From positions 1-58,840 of the forward strand of contig CANQZU010000002.1 of NCBI GenBank assembly GCA_947628415.1: 58,840 nucleotides of DNA, read 5' to 3'. This DNA is from an uncultured Clostridia bacterium (GTDB taxonomy: Bacteria > Bacillota > Clostridia > TANB77 > CAG-508). Each line of letters opens with the position of its first letter. Positions within the stretch are counted from its first letter, which is position 1. Positions 10,441 to 19,570 of this stretch are shown one piece after another. The notes beneath the pieces were generated by a model. It did no database searches and was not told the DNA's origin. It saw nothing but the letters and a program-made list of their open reading frames with translations. The position numbers and the translations under genes were made by a program.

Positions 10441-10784
10441 ATTCTACATCCTATCATATACGCGCATATTTGATATCTACCTATAAGAGTCAATAATATA
10501 TCAAAAATGTTTCATTATAATAAATAATTTAAATATGTTTTCGTAAATTGATTCATATATTAATTATATTATTTATTGTACAACTGTGAAAAGAATATAA
10601 TTAAATTTTTTATATTTGTAATCTTATACATATTTTTTTGGAAATTTGTACCCTTTTTTAAAAAAATGGTAGTATACTATTGTAGATATCTATGATGAGT
10701 AAAATAAATTGAATAAAAAAAATAGATAAATCTGTAACGAATTTGAATTTTATACGTCATATATGTAGAAGGAGGATAAAAGTT

Positions 10785-11264
10785 ATGCAGGATATTGAAA
10801 AAATATATGAAGAATATTTTGAAACTGTAAACAAATACTTATTCTGTTTAACTCATAATAATGATCTATCTGAAGAACTTACACAAGAAACTTTTTATAA
10901 GGCAACAAAAAAAATTGATACATACAAAGGCGAATGTAAAATGTCAGTATGGTTATGTCAAATTGCTAAAAATCTTTGGTATGATCAATGTAGAAAAAAA
11001 CAAAAGATTATAAACGTTGAAGAAAAAGACAAACTCTATATAAATTCATTAGATTCATTAGAGGAACAAGTTATTTTAAATGATGAAAAAGTTTCGTTAT
11101 ACAAAAGAATGCAAAATTTAGATGAAAAAACAAGGGAAGTAATTTATCTGCGTATAACAGGAGAGTTAAGTTTTAAAGAAATAGGAATTATTTTGAATAA
11201 AACAGAAACCTGGGCAAGAGTAACTTTTTATAGAGGAAAAAAACTATTAAAGGAAGGTGATTAG
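10785..11264 (+). CDS. ECF-type sigma-70 family sigma factor
   Basis: AGGAGG RBS and ATG 10785. Region 2 (ELTQETFYKATKKIDTY, WLCQIAKNLWYD) and region 4 (LSFKEIGIILNKTETWARVTFYRGKKLL). Confidence 0.8.
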   Translation: MQDIEKIYEEYFETVNKYLFCLTHNNDLSEELTQETFYKATKKIDTYKGECKMSVWLCQIAKNLWYDQCRKKQKIINVEEKDKLYINSLDSLEEQVILNDEKVSLYKRMQNLDEKTREVIYLRITGELSFKEIGIILNKTETWARVTFYRGKKLLKEGD

Positions 11265-12165
11265 TATGAAAGAGAAAAAAAATTGTAAAATTATTCAAGA
11301 TTTATTACCAAGTTATATTGAAAAATTAACAAAAGATGAAACAAATTTATTTATTGAAGAACATTTAAATGAATGTGAGGAATGTAATAGTATTTGTAAA
11401 AAATTACAAAAAAATATAGACATAAATATAAATAAAGATAATAAAAAACAAATTGATTATTTAAAAAAATACAATAAAAAGATGAGAATTTTAAAATCAA
11501 TAATATTCATTATCATATTAGTATTTATTATAATTATTGGAAGAAAAGCTTATATTTTAATTAATCTTTCAGAAAAAGCAGAAAAAAGCATAAATAGCAA
11601 TAATTATTATGCAAGAGTATCACAGTATGAAGGAACTGCAATTCTTATAACTGAAACTTATAAAAAAGATCAAAAACAAATAAATATTCAAAACTATTAT
11701 GATAATCAAAATAATGAGCATACAAAATTAATTGAATATTCTGAAAATGGTACAACTAGACTTTACACTGAATCAAAAGATAAAAAAGTAGCAATATTAA
11801 ATGGAAATTCAGCAATGTTACAACCAATGAAGATGAGTGAATCATACATTACTTATTCAAAAAATATGTCAAGACTTATAAATAATACAATATTTTCATC
11901 TATGAGTGAAGTAAGATGTAATGGAAGAGATTGCTATTATTTTTCTAAACTAGAAACTGATATGTTAGGAGTTAGTGAAGTAAGTTCTGGTATTTATATT
12001 GATAAAGAAACTGGTCTTCCTATTAGAACTTCAGCAGCAACAGCTAAGAGTGATAAAGGTACTTCTGATCCAATTATAGAATTTTATTATGAATTTGATA
12101 AAGTTAATGATGAAGATATGAAGGAACCAGACATATCACAATATATTATTGAAGATAAAGATTAA
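11257..12165 (+). CDS. Zinc-binding (ZAS-type) anti-sigma factor, single-pass membrane protein
   Basis: Overlaps the sigma gene stop. Contains H-x3-C-x2-C (EEHLNECEEC) and one TM helix (ILKSIIFIIILVFIIIIG). The start could instead be ATG 11266. Confidence 0.65.
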   Translation: MISMKEKKNCKIIQDLLPSYIEKLTKDETNLFIEEHLNECEECNSICKKLQKNIDININKDNKKQIDYLKKYNKKMRILKSIIFIIILVFIIIIGRKAYILINLSEKAEKSINSNNYYARVSQYEGTAILITETYKKDQKQINIQNYYDNQNNEHTKLIEYSENGTTRLYTESKDKKVAILNGNSAMLQPMKMSESYITYSKNMSRLINNTIFSSMSEVRCNGRDCYYFSKLETDMLGVSEVSSGIYIDKETGLPIRTSAATAKSDKGTSDPIIEFYYEFDKVNDEDMKEPDISQYIIEDKD

Positions 12166-12223
12166 TGGTAAAATTAAATTTATATAAAGGCTTAGAGAGA
12201 AGATTAGATATATTAAAAGGAAA

Positions 12224-12251
12224 GAAAAGGTCTGATAAATCAGACCTTTTC
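12224..12251. terminator. Bidirectional intrinsic terminator between convergent genes
   Basis: Stem GAAAAGGTCTGA, loop TAAA, stem TCAGACCTTTTC. Confidence 0.8.
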
Positions 12252-12254
12252 TAC

Positions 12255-12267
12255 ATAGGGCATTAAT
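12255..12267. repeat. Arm of a perfect 13-bp inverted repeat flanking G+C-rich cassette 2 (ATAGGGCATTAAT)
   Basis: Exact reverse complement of 12871-12883. It lies 3 nt from the terminator. Confidence 0.85.
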
Positions 12268-12311
12268 TGATTATTAGTTAATTGTTGGCTGCGAAAAATT
12301 ATTTGATGATA

Positions 12312-12851
12312 TTACTGGTACATCCAGCACATAACTCTCATACCTACAGTTGTGTAACCATCAAAGTGAACCGTATAGTTACCGACAGTTGCATTTAACA
12401 ACTGTAAATGCACATCTCCATCAGAAGGGTAAACCTTCTTTGTATTTAGCACTATCAATCCCAATGGATTGATCATATAGATCTGTGCGTAAGATTGATT
12501 GGATGAAGATTCAACCTTCCAAGTTACACCTGTTTTGCCTGTATAAGTGCAGGGAACTGTGAAAGTTTGACCAAAGCTGGTCTTATCCACCCATTTGTTG
12601 CCGTAGTTGCTTTCGTTTACGAGCGCCGGTGCCACTGGGGAACTATCGCCCTTAGATTGATAGAGAACAACATTTTCATCCTGATACAGGATTTTAATGT
12701 TATTATCTGTGCTTGAAACAGCTTCAGCTGATGCAGACGGATTTACGCTGTCATCTTCAACTGAAGCAGCCTGAGCCGATGCTGCCATAGAGGAACTCAT
12801 AAGCAAGCTCAAACTCAAGCATACTGCGAGTAACCGCTTAATGTTTTTCAT
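12312..12851 (-). CDS. Small secreted protein, G+C-rich relative to its surroundings, unknown function
   Basis: Start moved to MKNIKRLLAV (ATG 12851), after a GGAGG RBS. Signal peptide ends ..SSSMAASAQA. The mature part is beta-rich. Uses CGG as Arg at 12834-12836. Confidence 0.8.
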   Translation of the reverse strand: MKNIKRLLAVCLSLSLLMSSSMAASAQAASVEDDSVNPSASAEAVSSTDNNIKILYQDENVVLYQSKGDSSPVAPALVNESNYGNKWVDKTSFGQTFTVPCTYTGKTGVTWKVESSSNQSYAQIYMINPLGLIVLNTKKVYPSDGDVHLQLLNATVGNYTVHFDGYTTVGMRVMCWMYQ

Positions 12852-12870
12852 AATAAAAATACCTCCATTC

Positions 12871-12883
12871 ATTAATGCCCTAT
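12871..12883. repeat. Arm of the 13-bp inverted repeat flanking cassette 2 (ATTAATGCCCTAT)
   Basis: Exact reverse complement of 12255-12267. It lies 4 nt upstream of the RBS on the coding strand. Confidence 0.85.
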
Positions 12884-12982
12884 AATTGCAACATGTTGTA
12901 AAAACAACGTAATTATATTTTATCGAAAATATTCCCTAAAATCAATAAAAAAAGCCTAAAAAGTCCACAATTCATCGCAATT

Positions 12983-13029
12983 TTCGACAAAAATGACAAT
13001 GTATGACAAGTTACGACAATCCATGACAA
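12983..13029. promoter_or_regulatory. Five helically phased YGACAA repeats. The first is an exact Spo0A-box complement (TTCGACA).
   Basis: CGACAA at 12985, TGACAA at 12994, TGACAA at 13004, CGACAA at 13014 and TGACAA at 13024. Spacings are 9, 10, 10 and 10 bp. The array lies upstream of cassette 2. Confidence 0.55.
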
Positions 13030-13167
13030 ATTTAATCTAATTTTAATTCAATTATGAACATTTATTGTCATTAAAAAGTAGATTAATCTAATAATTAATA
13101 ACTTCCATTATACTTATAAATTTATAAAATAAAAAAGCCTATTCCCAAAAGAGAATAGACCTTTTAA

Positions 13168-14243
13168 TTAAGCTGCTTTATTTAATGTATAATTAACATT
13201 AAACTTTTCTTCAAAAATATCTTTATAATTATCAATATATTTAATATCAATATTATAATTAAGTGGTATCAAGTTTCTTAATATACGATTAATAATATAA
13301 TCCAAGTTTTCATTTGCTTGTGATAATCTTATAACGAATATAATATTTTTCACATTAGTTTTTTCAATAGCACGTAAGATAATATATGAATTTGATATAT
13401 TTTGAAATGCAATTAGAGGTGTATCGTAGTTTTCTCTAATTAAATTTCCTAAAATAAAATTATCAGTTATTATTACATCTCCTGAATTTTCTTCTAAATT
13501 ACTTGTCATAATCCAACTCTTGGCCTTTGTTCCATTTATTTTGTTATTACTAGAAAACCATATATCTTGATTATTATTAAATGGTTTATCTAAATGAATT
13601 GATAGTCCTTGTATAAGTCCGTTCTTATCAAATACTGGTACAAAAAAGCCTTCAAAATTATTAAAACACCAATTAAAATCTCCCTCCTGAAAGAAACCAG
13701 GAATTCCGTGCTAGATTAAATTTTTTTGACAAACAATTAGCAATTAACCTTCTTTTTATATAATTTCTTGGAACACTTCTATATAAATCAAGTTCGATAG
13801 AGGTATCCAAAAATCCCATATTTCTCAAAGATCGTTTATGGTTGCTTTCTAATTTTAACATTCCTAGCAATTCTCTATATACTGCATCTCTTAATTCGAT
13901 ATCTGCTAATAAGTTTATAGGACTAATTTCTATTTGTGATTTATTAAGAGAAAAGCATTCCCTATCTAATAATTCACGATATGCCTTTTTATTATCTATT
14001 CCTTTTACTTTAGCATAAAGTCCAATAGAATAACCACCAGCACCACATCTTGAGCAACAATATTTATTTGTTTGAGAATTTAAACTCATTGTAGGTATTT
14101 TGCTATTTTTGTTATAACCGACAAAACGGGCAAATTACTTTAGTTTCAAAACCTCTTTCTTCAATGATTTCTAAACATAGGTGATATGCTACATTTAATA
14201 TATTTATATGTTTTTTTACCTCTTGATAATCTAATAAATCCAT
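13168..14243 (-). CDS. Primase-like protein (zinc-binding N-terminus plus Toprim-like C-terminal half), ~357 aa. It needs two +1 shifts at CGG.
   Basis: ATG 14243 (MDLLDYQEVKKH..). Cys motifs ICPFC and CCSRCGAGG. The frames join by skipping the C at CGG 14118-14120 (PFC-G-YNKNSKIPTMS) and at CGG 13706-13708 (NLA-G-IPGFFQEGDF). The C-terminal half is paralogous to 9756..10205. Confidence 0.65.
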
Positions 14244-14260
14244 ATTATTCTCCTTTTTTA

Positions 14261-14422
14261 TTATTCTTTTACTTTTAAATTTTCTGAAATATCTTGTAAT
14301 TGTTCTAAATATTCTATAATAGCATCAACATCTTCAACTGCAATATAGCAATAATCTGCTAGGTAAGCTTTTTTATCTTCTACATCTGTACTTAATTTTT
14401 CTATTAACTCTTGTAAATTCAT
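14261..14422 (-). CDS. Small acidic hypothetical protein (53 aa)
   Basis: My own translation gives MNLQELIEKLSTDVEDKKAYLADYCYIAVEDVDAIIEYLEQLQDISENLKVKE. A GAAGG RBS lies upstream. Confidence 0.35.
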   Translation of the reverse strand: MNLQELIEKLSTDVEDKKAYLADYCYIAVEDVDAIIEYLEQLQDISENLKVKE

Positions 14423-14473
14423 TCTTATACCTTCTTTCTTTGATATTTTTATTATTCAAGTTATAGTTTTTAA

Positions 14474-15352
14474 TTATTTTATTTCTAAAACCCATTTACT
14501 ATTTACCTTTTTAAAATTAGAATTATAATTTAAAGTTTGCCTAATTTTTTCTCTTACATGATTATTATTTTCTGCCTTTTTAGATCTGACTAAAATATTG
14601 TATATCTCATCTATTGTTGCCTCGTTCTTTAAATATTGTAATGTTGCTTGTATTAAATCTCTCCATGTAATATTAGTAACTTGCATAATATTTATTTCAA
14701 TGGTGTTTGTATAAGTTCTATTAAATAACCATATTTTATTTTTTCTAAATACAAGTAAATGCTCGTGTTTTATAGGAATAAAATTATTATTATAATATAC
14801 TTTATTGTCAGATACACAATTATATTGTGCTTTTATAATATGGCTTTCTAAATCTCCAAACCAGGTCATATCTTTAATTATGCTATAATATTTACGTTGT
14901 TTTCTGACATCACCAATTAAGATTGCATGTCTACCACCATATAATAGTGAATGATATATTTTTTCATTTACGATATCTAATTTATGGATAAATTCCTCAT
15001 AAGGCATTTTATTTGATAAATCATTTTCAGAGTATGAATTTCTTTGAGATTCATAAGAGATAATATCCCAATAGGGAGGATGGGAGAATATAAAGTCGCT
15101 ACCACTAGGTATTTCACCTATTAAAGCATCCCATCCATTATTTAAGTCTAAATGCAGACTATTTGTTATATTAAGCTCTTTTGCGACATCTTTTCCAGTA
15201 CCACCTCCACTAAATATTTCTATAAATTTTTTAGGTTTAGAAGTAGGGTAGAAGTGTTGTATTAAGTCCTTAATAATATATCCTGTGCAATTACCTCTGT
15301 ATTTTGAATCTCCAAAATTTCCTCTATCCTTATAACTAACAATACTTTGCAT
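14474..15352 (-). CDS. Orphan DNA methyltransferase (amino-methyltransferase type)
   Basis: AdoMet motif EIFSGGGTG followed by catalytic SHPPYW. No adjacent restriction gene was recognised. Confidence 0.7.
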   Translation of the reverse strand: MQSIVSYKDRGNFGDSKYRGNCTGYIIKDLIQHFYPTSKPKKFIEIFSGGGTGKDVAKELNITNSLHLDLNNGWDALIGEIPSGSDFIFSHPPYWDIISYESQRNSYSENDLSNKMPYEEFIHKLDIVNEKIYHSLLYGGRHAILIGDVRKQRKYYSIIKDMTWFGDLESHIIKAQYNCVSDNKVYYNNNFIPIKHEHLLVFRKNKIWLFNRTYTNTIEINIMQVTNITWRDLIQATLQYLKNEATIDEIYNILVRSKKAENNNHVREKIRQTLNYNSNFKKVNSKWVLEIK

Positions 15353-15492
15353 TTTCTCCTCCTAGTCTCTGCCTTTTATGGCACAAATTACTTTTATTAC
15401 TATTGCTAGAGCAATAAGAAAAATTCCTATAAATTCTTCAATCAACTTAATTTTCGCATATAATATTAGCCATTCCATATTTTCCATCCTTT

Positions 15493-16369
15493 CTATGCAG
15501 CAAGCATTAATTCTTGCTCTTGCATTTCAAATTTTTCAAGTTTTTCTATGTACTGATTTGCACATTTTTGTATTTTAGTTCCTAAATCAATAACAGTTTT
15601 AGGTTCGCCTTTAGCCCATTTAAGAATATAATTAAAGCTACAAGGTGAAGTATCAAGTCCAAAATGGTCTGCTACAATATAAGCAACAGACTCAACAAAT
15701 ACTTCTGATAAATCTCTATCTTTAGAATAGTCAAAGTCATCATATAAACTATGTGCAATTTCATGTAACAAAACTGCAGCTTTATCGTTTTGTGATAGAT
15801 CCTTTTTAATTACAATTTTATTATCATTTTTACTAAAAAAGCCTTTTACACTTCCAGACAATTCTTCTTCAAAAACAGGTACATTACTAAAAGCCTTTAG
15901 TTTTTCATAAAAATAAGCCATATCATTGCAATTGATTTCTTTACATTGCAAAGGTATAGCTTCTCCAGTAGTTTGAGATATATCATAAACAAATACATAT
16001 CTATATGCGTTATATTTAATTGTTTCTGTTTTTTCGATTTCTTCATCATTTTCAATAACTTTAACCTTTTTTTTGTATTGTCTAGGTATAGGTGCTATAA
16101 TCCATATCTTTTTTGCATCTTCTGTAGGTTCTCTTTTTAGTTCTAGCCATCTAGTTTTACCGAGCAACTTTTGTAGCCTCTGGAAATTGAGAATAAATTA
16201 AAACGAGATTATTAAAACTATATTTTCTAAAATTTTTTTGAAATTTTAAGAATTTTTCATAATCTCCATTGTTTACAATAGTCTGTAGTTTTTTAACAAC
16301 TTTATCAAAGATTTCTTTAGTCTTATTTTGTTGGCTATTATTTTTATTATACTTTCTTTTTTGATTCAT
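15493..16369 (-). CDS. ardC: ArdC-like antirestriction protein (ssDNA-binding N-domain plus HExxH metalloprotease). It needs one +1 shift at CGG.
   Basis: YSFNNLVLIYSQFPEATKVA-G-KTRWLELK is restored by skipping the C of CGG 16160-16162; in the 0 frame that CGG is followed directly by TAA. C-terminal HExxH motif LLHEIAHSL. Confidence 0.7.
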
Positions 16370-16396
16370 GAATTTTCCTTCCTTTCTTATTTGAAA

Positions 16397-17866
16397 CTAT
16401 GCTACTTTTCTTAATACGTTTTGTTCCCATTTATTTAAAAATTCTAATTGTTTTTCACTAGGAGAGTTATTGCATTTAATCCTACTTTGAACAATTTTAT
16501 TGTTTTTTACTTCAACGGTAACAAGTGAATGTTTAGGCTTTTTTACATCTCTCATAAAATAGATATCACATTTGCCATTTGCATATTTTTCTGCATAAGT
16601 TCTAACACAATTTTTTTGTTGCTTGCTTTCATCTTGTAACGATTTCAATGTAGGAGCTGGTAATATAATAAATTTTTTGTCATGAAATTTATTAATTGAT
16701 AATTCTTTATTTCGCCTAATAATTGCTTTTTGAATAATTAATTCGTTTTGAATCTCAAATTGTTTTTCCAGTTTATCATGTTCTTCCTCTAAATTTTTTG
16801 GAAAAGCATATCTGTTATTTTTTAGATCAAAACCTAATAATTTAGCAAATCGTAAATAATCTTTATATAAATATGTCTTAACATTTCTATGGTGCATTTT
16901 AGAATATCGTATAAAGCGATTTAAACTAATATATTCTGCAATTTCTTCTAAATCATACGTACTACCAACATAGCTTACAAAATTTTCTAAATATCTAATT
17001 TTTTTCATATCTTTTTCTTTTAGTAATCTTAATATTTGTAATTGTGTATATGTAATATTGTTTCTTTTCATAAATGGGTAATAATCTTTTGAAACTCCAA
17101 AAATTTCTTGAAAAGTACCACTACAACTAAATTGATTTGCCTGTAATGCTAAATTATATAGTTTCATTTTTGCTAAACGCTCAATTCTATTTATAGCAGC
17201 ATAATCGCTATTATTTTTTAATAATTTTGGTAAATCAATATAGGTAGAATGTTTAGCTATATCCCATATACAAGAATATTTATATTCTGTATTTTTAAAC
17301 AATTTTTTTAAATTATTTGGAAATACTATGGAGTAATCGATTAAAGAGTAGCTCCTTGTATATTCTCTCCATTTTTTATCATTTATATAAAACCCATTAT
17401 TATGATATATATAAATATGACATAGACACTTTGAAACTCTTTCATTCACAAATATTTCTCGATACCAATTTTTCGTAAGTATTTCTCTTGCAAATTCCAC
17501 AGCTGAAGAATGAGATCTGTGTTCTGCATCTATAATAGTTTTTAATTCAAAATATCTAATAACAAAAGTATTGTTTACTATATTTAAAATGGATAAGTAA
17601 TCCTTAAAATCATAATAACGCAAATTGCTTCTCTTAATTAAATATTTATTATGGCAATTTGGACATTTAACTTCTTCATTTACTTTTTTGTTACTAATAA
17701 AATCATAACTACAATTAGTACAATGACATTTGTTTTTACTTGATTTTATAATTAAATTTTGATATTTTGCTTGTTTATTTACAAACTCATCCCAACCAGT
17801 TGGAAGATTACTATGATAATCTAATTGTCTAAAAATATCTCTATATGCAACTTTTACATAGCCCAT
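16397..17866 (-). CDS. PcfJ-like protein
   Basis: C-terminal signature QKNCVRTYAEKYANGKCDIYFMR..SLVTVEV, N-terminal Cys4 clusters, and a neighbouring PcfK-like gene. Confidence 0.55.
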   Translation of the reverse strand: MGYVKVAYRDIFRQLDYHSNLPTGWDEFVNKQAKYQNLIIKSSKNKCHCTNCSYDFISNKKVNEEVKCPNCHNKYLIKRSNLRYYDFKDYLSILNIVNNTFVIRYFELKTIIDAEHRSHSSAVEFAREILTKNWYREIFVNERVSKCLCHIYIYHNNGFYINDKKWREYTRSYSLIDYSIVFPNNLKKLFKNTEYKYSCIWDIAKHSTYIDLPKLLKNNSDYAAINRIERLAKMKLYNLALQANQFSCSGTFQEIFGVSKDYYPFMKRNNITYTQLQILRLLKEKDMKKIRYLENFVSYVGSTYDLEEIAEYISLNRFIRYSKMHHRNVKTYLYKDYLRFAKLLGFDLKNNRYAFPKNLEEEHDKLEKQFEIQNELIIQKAIIRRNKELSINKFHDKKFIILPAPTLKSLQDESKQQKNCVRTYAEKYANGKCDIYFMRDVKKPKHSLVTVEVKNNKIVQSRIKCNNSPSEKQLEFLNKWEQNVLRKVA

Positions 17867-17871
17867 TATTG

Positions 17872-18267
17872 TTACACCTCCCCAAACAGTGTGATTTGAT
17901 TATTTTTTTGCTTTTCTTCATCACTTTTTATTTTTTCTTTTTTAGCCTTTGCCTCATTTTTCTTTATTATTTCTGCAGGTGTAGGAGGCATTACTTTTTG
18001 TTCTTTTATTCCTAATTCTTCATTGCTTTTAATAAAATACATTACAGCCCACATATAAACAAGATTATCTGCTATCATGGCAACATTATGTATCATTTTC
18101 TTTTTTGCTTTATTGCATATAAAGTCCCACATTTGTTTTACTGATTTTTCCTCATTTTTAAATTTATCATACAAGTCATTTCTATTTTTCAAATATTCCC
18201 AAACTGCTGTAACATTAGGGTTATTCATTTCTATTACTTCTTTTTCTAATTTTTTTAATCCTTCCAT
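17872..18267 (-). CDS. PcfK-like / AcrIIA9-family-like protein
   Basis: The ~130 aa size, motif pattern (AVWEYL..., MWDFI.., VYMWAVMYF) and position next to the PcfJ-like gene fit this family. Assignment is by recall only. Confidence 0.45.
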   Translation of the reverse strand: MEGLKKLEKEVIEMNNPNVTAVWEYLKNRNDLYDKFKNEEKSVKQMWDFICNKAKKKMIHNVAMIADNLVYMWAVMYFIKSNEELGIKEQKVMPPTPAEIIKKNEAKAKKEKIKSDEEKQKNNQITLFGEV

Positions 18268-18492
18268 AATTTTCTCCTTTCACTTGTTTTTCGTTTTGCA
18301 CTGCTTTCAACACATTATCTAATTCATTAAAGTCATAAAAATAACAAATAAGGCCATCTTTGATGATGACCCTATCATTTTTATAATCTTTTATCACATT
18401 AAAGTAGAGTGTGAATTATAGCGATGCACAATAAATCCTATTTCTAGTAATTTATCAATTAAAATATTTGCTACATCCATTCCAGTCATAAC

Positions 18493-18768
18493 CTATGCAG
18501 CCTCTTTCATGATTTGATTATCGTTTATGTATTTTTGTTTATCTATTTTATCTGTAATCAATTTTAAATATGGTTTAATCATTTCTAATTTATATTCTGG
18601 AATATTGATTTCTGACACTCTTGCAATTTTATCACCGTAGCTTGTTGGTGCAATTACTAAATCGCCTACTTTTACATCTATTGCAGTGTAATAACTATAT
18701 GCCTTTCCTCCAAATGTTTTAGGCTCATAATTATCCTCATATTTTACACTTATAATATTTGTTTCCAT
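18493..18768 (-). CDS. Hypothetical protein
   Basis: ORF in the operon with tight spacing. Ends in ..KEAA. Confidence 0.5.
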   Translation of the reverse strand: METNIISVKYEDNYEPKTFGGKAYSYYTAIDVKVGDLVIAPTSYGDKIARVSEINIPEYKLEMIKPYLKLITDKIDKQKYINDNQIMKEAA

Positions 18769-18772
18769 AGTT

Positions 18773-19231
18773 TTATACTCCTTCCATTTTTATATTATAT
18801 ACATTTTGTGCGTATTCATATTTTCTGTAAAATTTGTCAAAGTTTTTTATTTGTCCATCAATAATTCCCATTTCTTTTTTATCTAAGTTAATAAATATTT
18901 CATTATCAAAGATTTTGACTTTTTTAGGTTTAGTATTAGTTGTTTGAAGTAATACTAATCTATCAATTATTTCTTCTCTCAAAAGGGGGTTAGCTTTATT
19001 TAAGAACCAACCAAAAGTAGTAATTACTGGATCTTCAATGCCTGGCATATAAACTTGCATTTTTGCTATATGTCCTGTTCGTAATGCTTCTAAAATAATG
19101 AAATCGGCAAGATCTCGTTTTTTAATAATATAGTGTTCTCCTAAATTAGTATCTACAAATAAAAAAGCATCATTTTTAATGATGTTCAACATTTGACTTT
19201 TAGTATACATTTTATACTTTAATTCTTCCAT
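18773..19231 (-). CDS. Hypothetical protein
   Basis: Start moved to MEELKYKMY (ATG 19231), after AAAGGA. The upstream part of the track ORF overlaps the previous gene. Confidence 0.5.
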   Translation of the reverse strand: MEELKYKMYTKSQMLNIIKNDAFLFVDTNLGEHYIIKKRDLADFIILEALRTGHIAKMQVYMPGIEDPVITTFGWFLNKANPLLREEIIDRLVLLQTTNTKPKKVKIFDNEIFINLDKKEMGIIDGQIKNFDKFYRKYEYAQNVYNIKMEGV

Positions 19232-19247
19232 ATAATCATCCTTTCTA

Positions 19248-19550
19248 TTATTCAATATAACTATCATAAATATCAACTTGATATACTTTTTCTTTTTCAT
19301 CAAGAGTATTAAAGATAAGTCCATGGATATCCTCAAAATCCCAACTTTGAATAATACCTCTAGCTTCTCTTATATCATTCTCAAATTTTGGTAAAATTTC
19401 TAAAGAATCAACTTCTATTATTGCTATATCAGTTTCAACTTCATCATCTCTTACTAATTCTATATTTCCATTTTTAGCATATTTTTCTATAACTTTTAGA
19501 TAATTTTCTGGTAGTTCATCATACTTAAAACTCCTTATATGCAATTTCAT
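19248..19550 (-). CDS. Hypothetical acidic protein
   Basis: ORF in the operon, directly downstream of ssb exon 2. Confidence 0.5.
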   Translation of the reverse strand: MKLHIRSFKYDELPENYLKVIEKYAKNGNIELVRDDEVETDIAIIEVDSLEILPKFENDIREARGIIQSWDFEDIHGLIFNTLDEKEKVYQVDIYDSYIE

Positions 19551-19570
19551 TTTTTATTTCCTCCAATCTT

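Noticed and set aside
18268-18492. Possible small gene in the gap between the 18493 gene and the PcfK-like gene (MTGMDVANILIDKLLEIGFIVHRYNSH.. then ..LYFNVIKDYKNDRVIIKDGLICYFYDFNELDNVLKAVQNEK.. in another frame)
   Set aside because: The two pieces are related by a -1 (or +2) offset with no CGG. I cannot tell whether this is one broken gene or two short ORFs. It does not fit the CGG rule, so I did not call it.
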